From the NCBI GenBank assembly GCA_963776345.1, contig CAVZMH010000018.1, forward strand, positions 1 through 64,000: 64,000 bases of DNA, read 5' to 3'. The translations under genes were made by a program, and so were the position numbers. The notes under the pieces were generated by a model, which was not told the origin of the DNA, ran no database searches, and worked only from the letters and a program-made list of their open reading frames with translations. How positions within the stretch are numbered: the stretch's first letter is position 1; each line of letters starts with the position of its first letter. The stretch is from an uncultured delta proteobacterium (GTDB lineage: Bacteria > Myxococcota > Myxococcia > Myxococcales > Myxococcaceae). Of this stretch, positions 43,215-53,721 are shown piece after piece.

Positions 43215-45308
43215 TCAGCCGTGCGCGGCGCTCGCCGGCTCGAGCCGGCACACGGCCGAGCGGAACGCCGGGAACCCGGAGATCGGATCCCGCCGCTCGC
43301 CGTCGATGAGGAGGTTGGCGTTCGCCTCCTCCCAGCCGGCCGGCATCACCGCCACGTCCGGCCGCACCTCGGTGGTCACCGAGAGCCGCAGCTCCACCCT
43401 GCCCACGGGTGACACCACCGCGACGCGCTGGCCGTGCGCGAGGCCCGCGGCCCGGGCGGCGTCCGGATGCACCCTGAGCAGCGGCTCCGGCTCCAGCAGC
43501 CGGATGCGCGCCACCTGACGGAACTGCGAGTTGATGTACGCCCGCGTCCGGGGGCCGGTGACGAGCATCAGCGGGAACTCGGAGGTCGGCCGCAGGGACG
43601 GCGGCGTCCACTCGGGAAGGGCAGGGTGGCCCGCCCGGGCGAGGAGCCCCGAGGCGAGCTCGATCTTCCCGGACGGGGTCCCCACCGCGGGCGGCCCCGA
43701 CCCCGGCTCGAACCCCGGCGCGAGCTCCGGCGCCGCCGGCACCAGGACCCGCGGGGCGCGCTCCGCCTCCGCCCAGCTCCTCCAGGGGAACCACGCGCCC
43801 AGGCCCATCGCCCGGGCCAGCTCGAACACCACCTTCCAGTCCGGCCAGGCCTCGTGCTGCGGCGGCACCACGCCCTCCGACTCGGCAAAGGTCGCCGCCG
43901 GCAGGACCACGTGCGCCCGGCGCCCGCTCGCGGTGAGGAACGGGTCCACCGACACCAGCAGCTCGAGCCGCTCGGCCGCGCGCGCCAGCGCCGCGCTCCC
44001 CGGCGAGGTCACCAGCCCGTTCGAGGCCACCAGCACCAGCGCGCGGACCGGGTAGGGCCGGTCCTCGAGGATCGCCCGGGCCAGGAGATTTCCCTGCGCC
44101 TCGCGGTTGAACATCTCGAACAGCGGATGCTCCGCTGCGCCCACCGCTCGCGCGCTCACCGGTGGCGGCACGGGCTCGGGCGTGCGGAGGCGGGGCAGGG
44201 CGGGCAGGGGGCCGGCAGCGGCCGCGGACCGCACGGGCGTGAGGTCCTGTCGAATCTCCGGCTCGCCCGGGCGCCGGCAGAGCGCCTCGAGCGCGGCGAT
44301 GGCCCGCACGGTCTGGACGCCGTTCTCGTGGTGCTCGACCCCGAGGCCCGGCCAGATGGCGGTCGGGGTCTCGGTCCCGAGCAGCCGCGCCGCCCGGAGG
44401 ATCTGCGCCTCGGGAACGCCGGTGAGCGCCGCGGTCCGCGCCGGCGGGTAGGAGGCGGCCAGCTCCGCCAGCGCCTCGAACCCCACCGTCTCGCGCGCGA
44501 GGAGCGGCCGATCCACGAGACCCTCGGCCACCAGCACGTGCACCAGGCCGAGCGCGAGCGCGCCATCGGTCCCCGGCCGCACCGCGAGATGCTCCGTCGC
44601 CACGGCCGCCAGCTCCGTGCGGACCGGGTCCACCACCACCAGCCGCCCGTCCGTCGCCTTGTGCGCCACCACGTGCGCCAGGAGCGGGGTGCTGTGGGTG
44701 GGATTGGTGCCCCAGACGACCAGCGTCCGCGTCTGCCGGAGGTCGTGCCGGTACTTGCTGCCCACGGTGAGCGCCTGGCCCATCCGCCCGGAGGTCTCGC
44801 AGAGGCTCGCCACCGAGACGACGTTCGGCGTTCCCCAGGCGCGCGCCAGCCGCTGGATCCAGTCCATCAGCGGATGGCGCACCAGCGGCCACCCGGTCTG
44901 GAACGCCACCGCCTCGGGGCCGAAGCGCGCGCGCACCCGGGCCATCCGCTCGGCGATGAACCCCAGCGCGTCGTCCCACGAGCTCTCGACCAGCCGGTCT
45001 CCCCGGCGCACCAGCGGCCGGCGCAGGCGCTCGGGTGAGTGCACCACCGCGGGAAGCGCGTGGCCGTGCTGACAGAGGAAGCCCCGGGTCTCGCCGTCCG
45101 GGTCGCCGTCCACGCGCAGGAGCGTGCTCCCGGACACCCGGCCCGCCAGGTCGCAGTGGAGCAGGCAGAAGCGGCACTGGCCCTTGGTCACCCGGGTGCG
45201 CTCGGGAGCCCGCGCCACCGCGCCGACCGCCACCGCGGCCGCGCCCGCCCCGGCGATGGGGGCCGCCCGGAGCAGGTCCCTCCGCGAGAGCCGCCGGCGA
45301 CCGCTCAT
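43215..45308 (-). CDS. Tat-exported Mo/W-bisPGD oxidoreductase, substrate unknown
   Basis: SRRDLL Tat motif, C-x2-C-x3-C-x26-C, PERLRRPL, VVVDP, RPGTDGAL, VLPAATFAE, C-terminal molydop-binding domain. Confidence 0.9.
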   Translation of the reverse strand: MSGRRRLSRRDLLRAAPIAGAGAAAVAVGAVARAPERTRVTKGQCRFCLLHCDLAGRVSGSTLLRVDGDPDGETRGFLCQHGHALPAVVHSPERLRRPLVRRGDRLVESSWDDALGFIAERMARVRARFGPEAVAFQTGWPLVRHPLMDWIQRLARAWGTPNVVSVASLCETSGRMGQALTVGSKYRHDLRQTRTLVVWGTNPTHSTPLLAHVVAHKATDGRLVVVDPVRTELAAVATEHLAVRPGTDGALALGLVHVLVAEGLVDRPLLARETVGFEALAELAASYPPARTAALTGVPEAQILRAARLLGTETPTAIWPGLGVEHHENGVQTVRAIAALEALCRRPGEPEIRQDLTPVRSAAAAGPLPALPRLRTPEPVPPPVSARAVGAAEHPLFEMFNREAQGNLLARAILEDRPYPVRALVLVASNGLVTSPGSAALARAAERLELLVSVDPFLTASGRRAHVVLPAATFAESEGVVPPQHEAWPDWKVVFELARAMGLGAWFPWRSWAEAERAPRVLVPAAPELAPGFEPGSGPPAVGTPSGKIELASGLLARAGHPALPEWTPPSLRPTSEFPLMLVTGPRTRAYINSQFRQVARIRLLEPEPLLRVHPDAARAAGLAHGQRVAVVSPVGRVELRLSVTTEVRPDVAVMPAGWEEANANLLIDGERRDPISGFPAFRSAVCRLEPASAAHG

Positions 45309-45880
45309 GCCCGGCCTCCGGTCCGAGCACCGTCCGGGACGATGCGGATCGCCCGCGCCTCCTCGGGGCAGGCCTCCTCGCACAGCCCGCAGCCCACGCA
45401 GCCCTCCGGATGGAACAGCGGCGCCTGCTGCGGGCCGACCAGCTCCACCGCGCGGCTGCCCATCGGACAGACGTAGGCGCAGAGCCGGCAGACGCCCTGG
45501 CCGCTCCAGGGAAGGCACGACCTCCGCTCGAGCACCGGGACGCCGATGCGCACCTCGGCCGCCACCCGCTCCGGCAGCGCCGGAATCCGGGCGAGCGCGC
45601 CGGTGGGGCACGCCTCGGTGCACGCCATGCAGAGCACGCACGGCGCCTCGCGCAGCGCGAGGAACGGATGCCCCGCGTCCAGCCCCGCGCCGCCCGGGAA
45701 GCGAATGGCCCGGGTGGGGCAGACCTCCGCGCAGCGGAAGCAGCCGATGCACGCCCGCTCGAAGTCTCCGGGCGGAAGCGCCCCCGGCGGACGCAGCTCC
45801 GACGCCGCGGCGCGCGGGCGGCGGGCGAGCAGCCCGGACAGCGCCCCGGCGGCGAGCGCGAGCACGCCCCGGCGGTTCAC
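45305..45880 (-). CDS. NapG/MauM-like Tat polyferredoxin
   Basis: NRRGVL, LRPPGAL, four CxxC Fe-S motifs; GGAGG before GTG. Confidence 0.88.
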   Translation of the reverse strand: MNRRGVLALAAGALSGLLARRPRAAASELRPPGALPPGDFERACIGCFRCAEVCPTRAIRFPGGAGLDAGHPFLALREAPCVLCMACTEACPTGALARIPALPERVAAEVRIGVPVLERRSCLPWSGQGVCRLCAYVCPMGSRAVELVGPQQAPLFHPEGCVGCGLCEEACPEEARAIRIVPDGARTGGRA

Positions 45881-46777
45881 CGGCGCCTCCCCTCGAGCGA
45901 CAGCGACGAGCGCGCCGGTGGGGCACGACGCCACGCACCGCCCGCACCGCTCGCACCCGGCGTCGAGCTGGTCGCTCATCGGACGCTGCCCGAGGTTGCA
46001 GACCACGTCGCAGACGGTGCAGTCGGTGCACGCCTCGGCCTCGCGCCGCACCCGGAGCGGCGACCTCGCGCCCAGCAGCGAGAAGAGCGCCCCGCCCGGG
46101 CAGAGCGAACGGCAGAAGCCCGCCCGCGAGACGGTGGTGTCGAAGAGCCACACCGCGGCGAGCACCGCCGCCCCACCGCCGAGCCCGAGGCCGAACGCCA
46201 GCCGGTACGCGCTCCGCGCCAGCAGCGCCGGCGGGTACACCAGCGCCGCGAGCTGGATGCCCAGCGCCGCCGTCCCGCCGAGCACCGCGCCGAGGACGAG
46301 GAAGCGCAGCCACCCGGGAAGGCGCAGGTCGAGGGTGGGGATGCCGAGCCTTCCGAGCGCCCAGCGGACCGCGTTGCTCACCGCGAGCAGCGGCAGGTAC
46401 GGGCAGAGCCACCCGCAGAAGAAGCGGCCCAGCACCACGACCAGGAGCAGCACCGGGAGCGCCGCGGCGAGGAGGCCGGGACGGGCGCCGCGCGCGAGCC
46501 AGACGCCGGCCGACATCAAAGGGTCCACCAGCTCGACGTCGAGCAGCCGCGCCGCGCCCGTCGCGCCGACGAAGAGCCCCGCGGGCCAGGTCCGGTCCGT
46601 GAACCGCGCCGCCAGGAACGGCGTCCCGACCACGGTGAGCACGCTGAGCGTGAGCACCGCCCGCCGCCACCGCTGGTAGGCGCGCCCGCCCCGCAGCGCC
46701 ACGTCCCAGGGCTGGAGCAGGCCACGGGCCCGCCGCGCCGCCGCGCCCGGTCCTGGAGGTGTTCCAAGGTGGTCCAA
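45877..46777 (-). CDS. NapH/MauN-like membrane ferredoxin (no stop before napG-like gene as read)
   Basis: GRFFCGWLCP, FCRSLCPGG, CTDCTVC, CERCGRC; TM helices. Confidence 0.88.
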
Positions 46778-46813
46778 CGGACGTCTCTGGCTGCTGTCGA
46801 TGGACGACGGTAT

Positions 46814-46904
46814 CGCAAGCGACGTACCACCGCCGAGGCGCGTGCCGGACGCAGCCACTGCATCCGGCGAGCGGTGCGTTCGCCGGGGCGCGCAATCCGT
46901 GCGC
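46814..46904 (-). promoter_or_regulatory. sigma54 promoter with two upstream GCA-N5-TGC boxes
   Basis: TGGTACGTCGCTTGCG (minus, 46814-46829); ACGCA-N5-TGCAT at 46849-46863; perfect GCGCA-N5-TGCGC at 46890-46904. Confidence 0.8.
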
Positions 46905-47074
46905 GACCGGACCGCTGCCCTCCCTGGACACGGTGCCACACCTGTGGGGGACATTCCTCCGCAGCGCTCGGGCGCGAGCGCAGCGGGTCGCCGGGTGGGA
47001 GACCTCCGGTGCGCGTGTGCCCCGGGGCTGCCAGTGCAGCCGGACCGCCACTGGGGCAAGCTTCCAGGATCCCC

Positions 47075-48559
47075 GTGCGCTGGCCGTCTCTTCTCGTCCC
47101 GGTGCTGGTCGTCGCCGGCGCGGTGGCGGCGATCGCCCTGCGCCGAGCGGCCCCGACGACTCCGGCCTCGCTCTCGCCGGTCGCGGTGCTGGAGTCGGCC
47201 ACCGACGCAGGGCTCACCGATGACCAGGTGTTCGCCGCGAGCATGGCGCGGCTCGCGGAGGCGAAGCGACGCACGGAGACGGAGGAGGCCGCCGCGCGCG
47301 CCGATGCCGGCCCACGGCTGGGCGACGTCGCTCCGGACGCGGGCGTGCTCCGCGCCGTGCTGGAGGCGACGGGCGACGCCGGCATCCCGTCCTCGGCGCG
47401 CGCCGAGCTCGAGCGGGTCGCCGGGCTGCTGCTCCAGCAGGACCTCGCCGGTGCGGTGGAGGCGCTGCACGCGCTCTACCGCGTCCACTCTCCGGCCGCG
47501 GCGCCAGGCCTCGAGCTGGTCACCCGCTCCGCGCAATCGAGCGCGCGGGCCGGCGCCCTCGGGCAGGTCGAGCCGGTCCTCCCGCGGATGCAGGAGCTGC
47601 CCACCTCGGACCCGGCGGTGCGCTCCGCCGTCGCCCGGGTGCTGGCCACCGTCGCGCTGGCCTCGGCGCGCGCCGGCCAGCCCGAGCGGTCGCGGCAGCA
47701 GGCCCGTGCGGCGCTCGCGCTCGACGAGTCCACGCCCGAGGCGTTCCTCGCGCTCGGCGAGTACCAGTTCCAGGACAACGACCTCTCCGGCGCGCTCGAC
47801 ACCTGGGAGCACGGGCTCCGCCTCAACCCGGGCAACCCGTCGCTCGCCCGCCGTCTGGAGCGCGGCCGCTCCGAGTCGCAGCGCCTCGGCGGCCTGGAGC
47901 GGGTCTCGTCCGAGCACTTCGTCGTCGCCTTCGACGGCCGCGCGGACGTCCCGGCTGCCCGGGCGAGCCTCGAGGTGATGGAGGCCGCCTACCGCGGGGT
48001 GGGCGCGCTCTTCCAGAGCTACCCCGAGGGCCCCATCCCGGTGGTGCTCTACCCGGACCGCTCCTTCGACCGGGAGGGCCACGCCTCCTGGTCGGCCGCG
48101 GTGTACGACGGGAAGATCCGCCTCCCCGCGGCCGGCGCCGACCCGCACTCGCTCGCCTTCCGGGGCACGCTGTTCCACGAGTACGCCCACGCGCTCGTCC
48201 ACCGCGCCACCGGCGGCAAGACCGCGCCCGCCTGGCTCAACGAGGGCTTCGCCGAGGTGGCCAGGCTCCGGGGCGACGCCGGGCCCGCCGTGCGCTGCAC
48301 CCCGGACGTGCACGTCTTCGCGCTCCGGGCGCTCGAGGGCAGCTTCCAGCGCATCGGCGATCACCGGGCCGCGCACCTCGCCTACCTCGAGGGCCGCCAC
48401 GCGGTCGAGCACATCATCGACCGGCACGGCGAGGCGGGCGTCCGGGCGCTCCTCGGCGAGCTGTCCACCGGCGCACCGTTCGCCGCCGCGTTCGAGCGCG
48501 CGCTGGGCGAGGAGTACGCGACCTTCGCCGCGGCGTTCGACGCCGAGGCGCGCCGCTGA
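47075..48559 (+). CDS. TPR + gluzincin (peptidase MA-like) protein
   Basis: N-terminal TM, TPR helices, HEYAH..PAWLNEGFAE. Confidence 0.85.
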   Translation: MRWPSLLVPVLVVAGAVAAIALRRAAPTTPASLSPVAVLESATDAGLTDDQVFAASMARLAEAKRRTETEEAAARADAGPRLGDVAPDAGVLRAVLEATGDAGIPSSARAELERVAGLLLQQDLAGAVEALHALYRVHSPAAAPGLELVTRSAQSSARAGALGQVEPVLPRMQELPTSDPAVRSAVARVLATVALASARAGQPERSRQQARAALALDESTPEAFLALGEYQFQDNDLSGALDTWEHGLRLNPGNPSLARRLERGRSESQRLGGLERVSSEHFVVAFDGRADVPAARASLEVMEAAYRGVGALFQSYPEGPIPVVLYPDRSFDREGHASWSAAVYDGKIRLPAAGADPHSLAFRGTLFHEYAHALVHRATGGKTAPAWLNEGFAEVARLRGDAGPAVRCTPDVHVFALRALEGSFQRIGDHRAAHLAYLEGRHAVEHIIDRHGEAGVRALLGELSTGAPFAAAFERALGEEYATFAAAFDAEARR

Positions 48560-48643
48560 TACGTGAGCGGCCATGAAGCTCGAGTGGATGCGCTTCTTCG
48601 AGGTGAACGTCCTGAGCGGCGTCCGCGCCATCGTCTGACCAGG

Positions 48644-49867
48644 ATGTCCCCCGAGGCCCAGGTCGCCCCCGCGGATCGGCAGCTCGTCCGGCGCGCCCGG
48701 GCGTTCGTGGTCGTCATGGGGGTGGTCGCCCTGTTCGGGGACATGACCTACGAGGGCGCCCGCGGGCTGGTCGGGCCGTACCTCGGACTGCTCGGCGCCT
48801 CCGCGGTCGGCGTGGGCATCGCCGCGGGCGCCGGGGAGCTCGCGGGCTACGCGCTGCGGCTCCTCACCGGCTGGCTCGCGGACCGCACCCGCGCCCACTG
48901 GCTCCTGACCATCCTCGGCTACTCCTTCAATCTGGTCGTCGTCCCCGGCCTCGCGTTCGCGGGCTCGTGGGAGCTGGCCGTCGTGCTGGTCATCGGCGAG
49001 CGGGTGGGGAAGGCCATCCGCTCGCCGGCGCGGAGCACGCTGGTCTCGTACGCAGCGCGCCGGGCGGGGGAGGGGGCGAGCTTCGGGCTCGAGGAGGCGC
49101 TGGACCAGATCGGCGCGGTCGCCGGGCCGCTGCTCACCACGGTGGCCATCGCCGCCCGCCCGGGCGCGACGCCGCTCGGCGGCTACCGCTTCGCATTCCT
49201 CGCGCTCGCCGGCCCGGCGCTGCTGACGCTGCTGCTGGTGCTCGCCGCACGGCGGGCGTTCCCGGCGCCCGAGGAGTTCGAGCCGCCGCCCGCGCCCGCG
49301 CACGTGGGCCTCGGCCGCGCGTTCGCCCTCCACGTGGCGGCCGCGGCGCTGGTGGGCCTCGGCTTCGCCGACTGGGCGCTGATCGCCTTCCACGCCGGAC
49401 GCTCGGGGCTGATCGCGCTCACGCTCCTTCCGTTGCTCTACGCTGGCGCCATGGCGGTGGACGGGGTCGCGGCGCTCGTGTTCGGCCGCGCCTTCGACCG
49501 GCGTGGGCCCGGGGTCCTGGCAATGTCCTGCCTGGTGGGCGCAGGGGCGGCCCCGCTGGTCTTCCTCGGAGGCTCCGCCACGGCGCTGCTCGCCGGCGCC
49601 GCGCTCTGGGCAGTGGCGATGGGCGCGCAGGAGTCTGTCTACAAGGCGGCGGTGGCCCGGCTCGTCCCGCCGTCCCAGCGGGGCCGTGCCTACGGCCTCT
49701 TCTTCGCGGCGTTCGGGGTTGCCTGGTTCGTGGGGAGCGTGGCGATGGGCTGGCTCTACGAGCACTCGCGGACCGGCCTGGTCGCGCTCGCCATGGTGGC
49801 CCAGCTTGGCGCGGTGCCGCTCTTCCTGAGGGTCGCGCGCGGACCTGCGGCCGGCGCTCAGCGGTAG
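48644..49867 (+). CDS. MFS transporter
   Basis: GWLADRT, GRAFDRRG, many TM segments. Confidence 0.9.
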   Translation: MSPEAQVAPADRQLVRRARAFVVVMGVVALFGDMTYEGARGLVGPYLGLLGASAVGVGIAAGAGELAGYALRLLTGWLADRTRAHWLLTILGYSFNLVVVPGLAFAGSWELAVVLVIGERVGKAIRSPARSTLVSYAARRAGEGASFGLEEALDQIGAVAGPLLTTVAIAARPGATPLGGYRFAFLALAGPALLTLLLVLAARRAFPAPEEFEPPPAPAHVGLGRAFALHVAAAALVGLGFADWALIAFHAGRSGLIALTLLPLLYAGAMAVDGVAALVFGRAFDRRGPGVLAMSCLVGAGAAPLVFLGGSATALLAGAALWAVAMGAQESVYKAAVARLVPPSQRGRAYGLFFAAFGVAWFVGSVAMGWLYEHSRTGLVALAMVAQLGAVPLFLRVARGPAAGAQR

Positions 49868-50295
49868 ACGAGCACCGGCACCTTGCAGTGGGTGAGGACG
49901 CGCTGGGTCTCGCTCCCCAGCAGCATCCCGGCGACCCCGCGCCGCCCGTGCGAGGCCATGAAGACCAGGTCGCAACCCTGCCGCTGCGCCGCCTCGATGA
50001 TCGCCTGCCAGGGGGCGTCGTTCACCACCGAGATGACCTCGCAGGAAACGCCCGCGGCCGCGGCCTTCGTCCGCGCATCGCCCAGCACCTCGCGGGCGCG
50101 GCTCTCGTGCGCGCGCTCGTACTGGGTCGGCGTCACGGTGACCAGGAACGGGTCGTAGCCCGTCAGGTGGAAGGGGGGCGACACCGTGACCGCGGTGATG
50201 CGGGCGCCGATCGCCTTGGCGAACGCCACCGCCTCCGCCACCGCGCGGTCGGAGAGCTCGGAGCCATCGGTCGGGACCAGGATGTGCTTGTACAT
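49858..50295 (-). CDS. Universal stress protein
   Basis: HILVPTDGS, MASHGRRG..LLGSET..VL. Confidence 0.95.
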   Translation of the reverse strand: MYKHILVPTDGSELSDRAVAEAVAFAKAIGARITAVTVSPPFHLTGYDPFLVTVTPTQYERAHESRAREVLGDARTKAAAAGVSCEVISVVNDAPWQAIIEAAQRQGCDLVFMASHGRRGVAGMLLGSETQRVLTHCKVPVLVYR

Positions 50296-50321
50296 GACGC
50301 GCTTCTCCCCAGGCGGAATCT

Positions 50322-50337
50322 TGCATGGGGCGCGCCT
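50322..50337 (-). promoter_or_regulatory. Candidate sigma54 promoter of usp
   Basis: AGGCGCGCCCCATGCA (GG-N10-GC), 26 nt upstream of the ATG. Confidence 0.55.
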
Positions 50338-50385
50338 GCAGGCACCCCCCCGGGCGCGAGGTCGCGGTGCGTCAAGCGCTGGGGG

Positions 50386-50652
50386 TCAGGTGGGGCGGTG
50401 GCCGTCCCGCGTCGACGCGCAGCCGGTGCAGAGCGCCTGGGCCGGGTTCACCAGCAGGACCTGGGCGCCGATGGCCGCGCCGCACTCGTCACAGATGCCG
50501 TAGCGGCTCTCGTCGATGCGCCGGAGCGCCGCCTCGATGCGATTGAGCTCGGCCTCGGGATCCTCGGTCCGATCCTGCCCCGCGCGGGCCAGCACCGCTC
50601 GCCTCATCAGGAGGCGGGCTTTCGCACGCGTCTCCGCCGGTGTGAGTCCCAT
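50386..50652 (-). CDS. Short TraR/DksA C4 zinc-finger protein
   Basis: IEAALRRI...YGICDECG..I...LCTGCA. Confidence 0.85.
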   Translation of the reverse strand: MGLTPAETRAKARLLMRRAVLARAGQDRTEDPEAELNRIEAALRRIDESRYGICDECGAAIGAQVLLVNPAQALCTGCASTRDGHRPT

Positions 50653-50669
50653 CGTCGATGGGGAACATC

Positions 50670-50775
50670 AGCAATGGACGAGCCGACGCCCGCTTCACTC
50701 TGATCCGCCTGCCACGCCGTGGCGCACCGGTGCAGGAGCTGCGGGACCCTGCCGGAGGGGGCGCAAGGGTTGCGT
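50670..50775 (-). promoter_or_regulatory. sigma54 promoter with two upstream GCA-N5-TGC boxes
   Basis: CGGCTCGTCCATTGCT (minus, 50670-50685); boxes at 50730-50744 and 50761-50775. Confidence 0.7.
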
Positions 50776-50778
50776 CGC

Positions 50779-51860
50779 TCAGGCTCTCGGCAACCAGATG
50801 TGGAAAGCCGCACCCCGCTCTCCCGCCCGGTCGACCCACACCCGGCCGCCGTGCTGGTCGACCAGGCTGTGGACGATGGCCAGCCCGAGCCCGGTCCCGT
50901 TGGGCTTGGTGGTGAAGAACGGCTCGAAGAGGCGGTTCCGCACCTCGGAGGGGATGCCCGGGCCCTCGTCGGCGACCACCAGCTCCACCCCGTCGTCCCC
51001 CGGGCGGCCCTGGAGCTGGATCCGCCCCCCGCGCGGGCTCACGTCGAGCGCGTTGAGGATCAGGTTGAGCAGCACCTGGCGCAGGATGCCCTCGTCGGCG
51101 GCGGCGGCGGGGGTGCCGGGGGCCACGTCCACCACCAGCTGGACCAGCCGGGCCTCGGCGTCGCCCGACAGGAGGTCCGCCACCTTGCGGAGCAGCCCGT
51201 CCAGGGCACCGGCCGGCGCACCAGCTCGCGCGGCCGGGAGAAGAGGAGGAAGTCCTGGAGCGTCTGGTCCAGGCGGCGGATCTCGTCGCGCACCAGGACC
51301 AGCGGCTCGAGCAGCGGGGCCTGCCCGCTCTCGGGCAGCTTGCGGATGCGCCGCTCGAGCACCGACAGCTGCAGCGCGGCGGCGTTCAGCGGATTGCGGA
51401 TCTCGTGCGACAGCCCGGCCGTGAGCCGGCCGACCGCGGCCAGCTTCTCCGCGAGCTGCGCCCGCCGGGTCAGCTCCTCCCGCTCGGCCTGGAGCCTCAC
51501 CTGTCGCAGCGCCTGGCCCACCGTGAGGAGCAGCTCGGGGACCGCGCACGGCTTGACCAGGTACGCGCATGCGCCGGCGCGGATGGCCGCCGCCGCGGAC
51601 TCCACGCTCGCGAAGCCGGTCAGGAGCACCACCTCGGCCCCGGGCACCGTCTGGTGCAGCTCGGACGCGAGCTCGGTCCCGTCTCCGTCCGGCAGGCGCA
51701 GGTCCACCAGCGCCACGTCGAAGCCCTCGGCGGCGCGGGCCCGGGCGGTGGCGGCGCTCGTGGCCCGGAGGACCTTGTAACCCTCGTCCTCGAGGATCTC
51801 GCCCAGGTTGTCGACCAGGTCGACGTTGTCGTCGACGAGGAGGATTCGCCCCTGGCTCAC
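50779..51860 (-). CDS. nmpS: Hybrid receiver-histidine kinase (NmpS-like); frameshift near 51210
   Basis: ILLVDDN..VDLRLPD..KP receiver; SHEIRNPL; NLILNA, DEGPGI, GTGLGL. Confidence 0.8.
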
Positions 51861-52501
51861 CCACCCTCCTCGAACCGCTCCAGCTCCGCGTCCAGGGCGG
51901 TGGCCAGCGCCTCGAACGAGCTGGGGAGCCGGACCAGGTGCACGCCGGGGTGGACCCGGGCCCACGCCTCCACCGCGTCGTCCGGTGTGTCGGCGAGCAC
52001 CGCCAGGAGCGGGGTGGGGCCCTCGGGCGGAGCGTCCCCCGGGGTGAAGGGCATGGGCGTGCACCCGTGATCGCGCACGAACTCCATCACCCGGCTCATC
52101 CGGTCCGACCCGCCGCACACCACCCAGACCACCGCCCCGCGCCGCGCCTGCTCGAGCCGCTGGAGCAGGGTCTCCACCGGGACGGGCTTGGGGAGCGTGG
52201 CCAGCACGCCCATCCGCTCCACCCGGGCCAGGTCGGCGTCCCCGATGAACGCCGTCACCACCAGGGCGGGGAGTCCAGGGTCCGCCAGGCGTGCCGCCGC
52301 GAGCAGCTCGGCGCCCCCCAGCCCCGGCATCCGCATGTCGGTCACCAGCGCCGTGTAGCGCCGGGTCTGCAACCGGCGGAGCGCCACCCGCGGATCGAGC
52401 TCCACGTCGACCTCGGCTCCGCTGGTCTCGAGGATCTCGGCGAGGTTCTCCGCGAGCGGCTGGTTGTCATCCACCACCAGATACCGCCGCGCCGCCTTCA
52501 T
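51857..52501 (-). CDS. nmpT: Response regulator, receiver plus degenerate second domain (NmpT-like)
   Basis: YLVVDDN, TDMRMPG, PKP; ATG overlaps the restored stop of the kinase. Confidence 0.78.
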   Translation of the reverse strand: MKAARRYLVVDDNQPLAENLAEILETSGAEVDVELDPRVALRRLQTRRYTALVTDMRMPGLGGAELLAAARLADPGLPALVVTAFIGDADLARVERMGVLATLPKPVPVETLLQRLEQARRGAVVWVVCGGSDRMSRVMEFVRDHGCTPMPFTPGDAPPEGPTPLLAVLADTPDDAVEAWARVHPGVHLVRLPSSFEALATALDAELERFEEGG

Positions 52502-53641
52502 GACTTCACCCCCGGGAGCGTGAGCACGAAGCGCGCCCCGCCGCGTGGGCGGCGCGACGTGAACGATGGTGCCGCCGTGCCGCTCGGCGATGCGGCGCAC
52601 CAGCGCCAGCCCGAGCCCGACGCCCTTCGACTTGGTGGTGATGAGCGGCTCGAAGAGGCGCGCCTTCACCGACGCGTCCAGGCCGTGCCCGGTGTCCTCC
52701 ACGGCGATCTCCACCTTCCCGTCGACGCTCCGGGCCTCGACCCGGACCTCGCCGGACTCGCCGCAGGCGTCCACCGCGTTCTGGACCAGGTTGACGAAGA
52801 CCTGCCGGAGCTGGGCCGCGTCGCCCAGGACATTGAGCCCGTTCAGCGGTCCCAGCTCGACCTTCACGCCCTCCGGCCGGGGCACCCGGTCCACGGCGCT
52901 CTCCACCACCTCGGAGAGCGAGAGCTGCCGGGCGTCCATGGGCCGGTCCCGGACCAGGTCGAGGAGCGCGCCCACGATGCCGTTGGCCACGGCGATCTGC
53001 TCGCCGATGCGCTGGAGGTGCTTCCGGGCGCTCGGGTCCGTCCCCACGCGCTTCTCCAGCAGGAACACCGAGGACTCCGCCACGCCCAGCGGGTTCCGTA
53101 GCTCGTGGCCGATGCTGGCCACCACCTGTCCGAAGGTCGAGAGCCGCTCGGTGCGCGCCTTCTGTGCCTCCAGGTCTTCCCGGTAGGTCTGGAGCATGAT
53201 CGCCAGCTCCAGGTCCAGCATCCGGGAGAGCGCGTTCTGCGCCACGTGGTGCTCCGGCGAGTCGGGCGGCACGAGCTGGGAGATGCGGGCCGAGAGCTCG
53301 CGGCGGAGCAGGTTCATCGCCCCGAACATGTAGTGCTGCGGGAGCCCGATGCGGACGTGCACCCGGCCGATCCGTGCCCGCATGTCGACGTACGCCTCGT
53401 CCCAGGGCCCCTGGAACAGCCCATCCATCCAGGCGACCAGGGTGTGCCTGAGCCGACCGACCGAGCTCTCGCCCCGTTCGAGCACCGCGCGCGCGGGCGG
53501 GTACTCGAGGATGCGGGCGTAGAAGAGCTCCGACACCTGGGGGAAGTCCGGGGCCAGGCCGGGGTGCAGCGCGCGGAGGATGACCTGGTCCGCGTGCCCG
53601 AACCCCACGTAGTCCTGCAGCTCCTGGAAGAACCCTGTCAT
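52498..53641 (-). CDS. nmpU: Globin-coupled histidine kinase (AfGcHK/NmpU-like O2 sensor); indel near 52545
   Basis: ELQDYVGF, FYARIL, RIGRVHVRIGLPQHYMFGAMN, GHELRNPL; the shifted frame ends GARFVLTLPGVKS*. Confidence 0.9.
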
Positions 53642-53721
53642 CGCGCCAGAGGACAATTAGTCCGGATCCCCGGGCAAAGGCGACCCTGCGGCCCGGGTTT
53701 TGCTAAAGTTTCCGTTCACCG

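Noticed and set aside
45305..50326. 1673-aa minus-strand ORF
   Set aside because: Only the last ~490 codons (NapH/NapG-like) are real; the rest is an antisense shadow of the peptidase and MFS genes.
50417..50431. GCGCA-N5-TGCAG box upstream of usp
   Set aside because: Fully explained by the Cys-Thr-Gly-Cys codons of the zinc finger; not counted as evidence.
51857..53656. Apparent globin-kinase-receiver fusion (599 aa)
   Set aside because: A frame change near 52545 restores the kinase end GARFVLTLP and an ATGA overlap, giving two genes.
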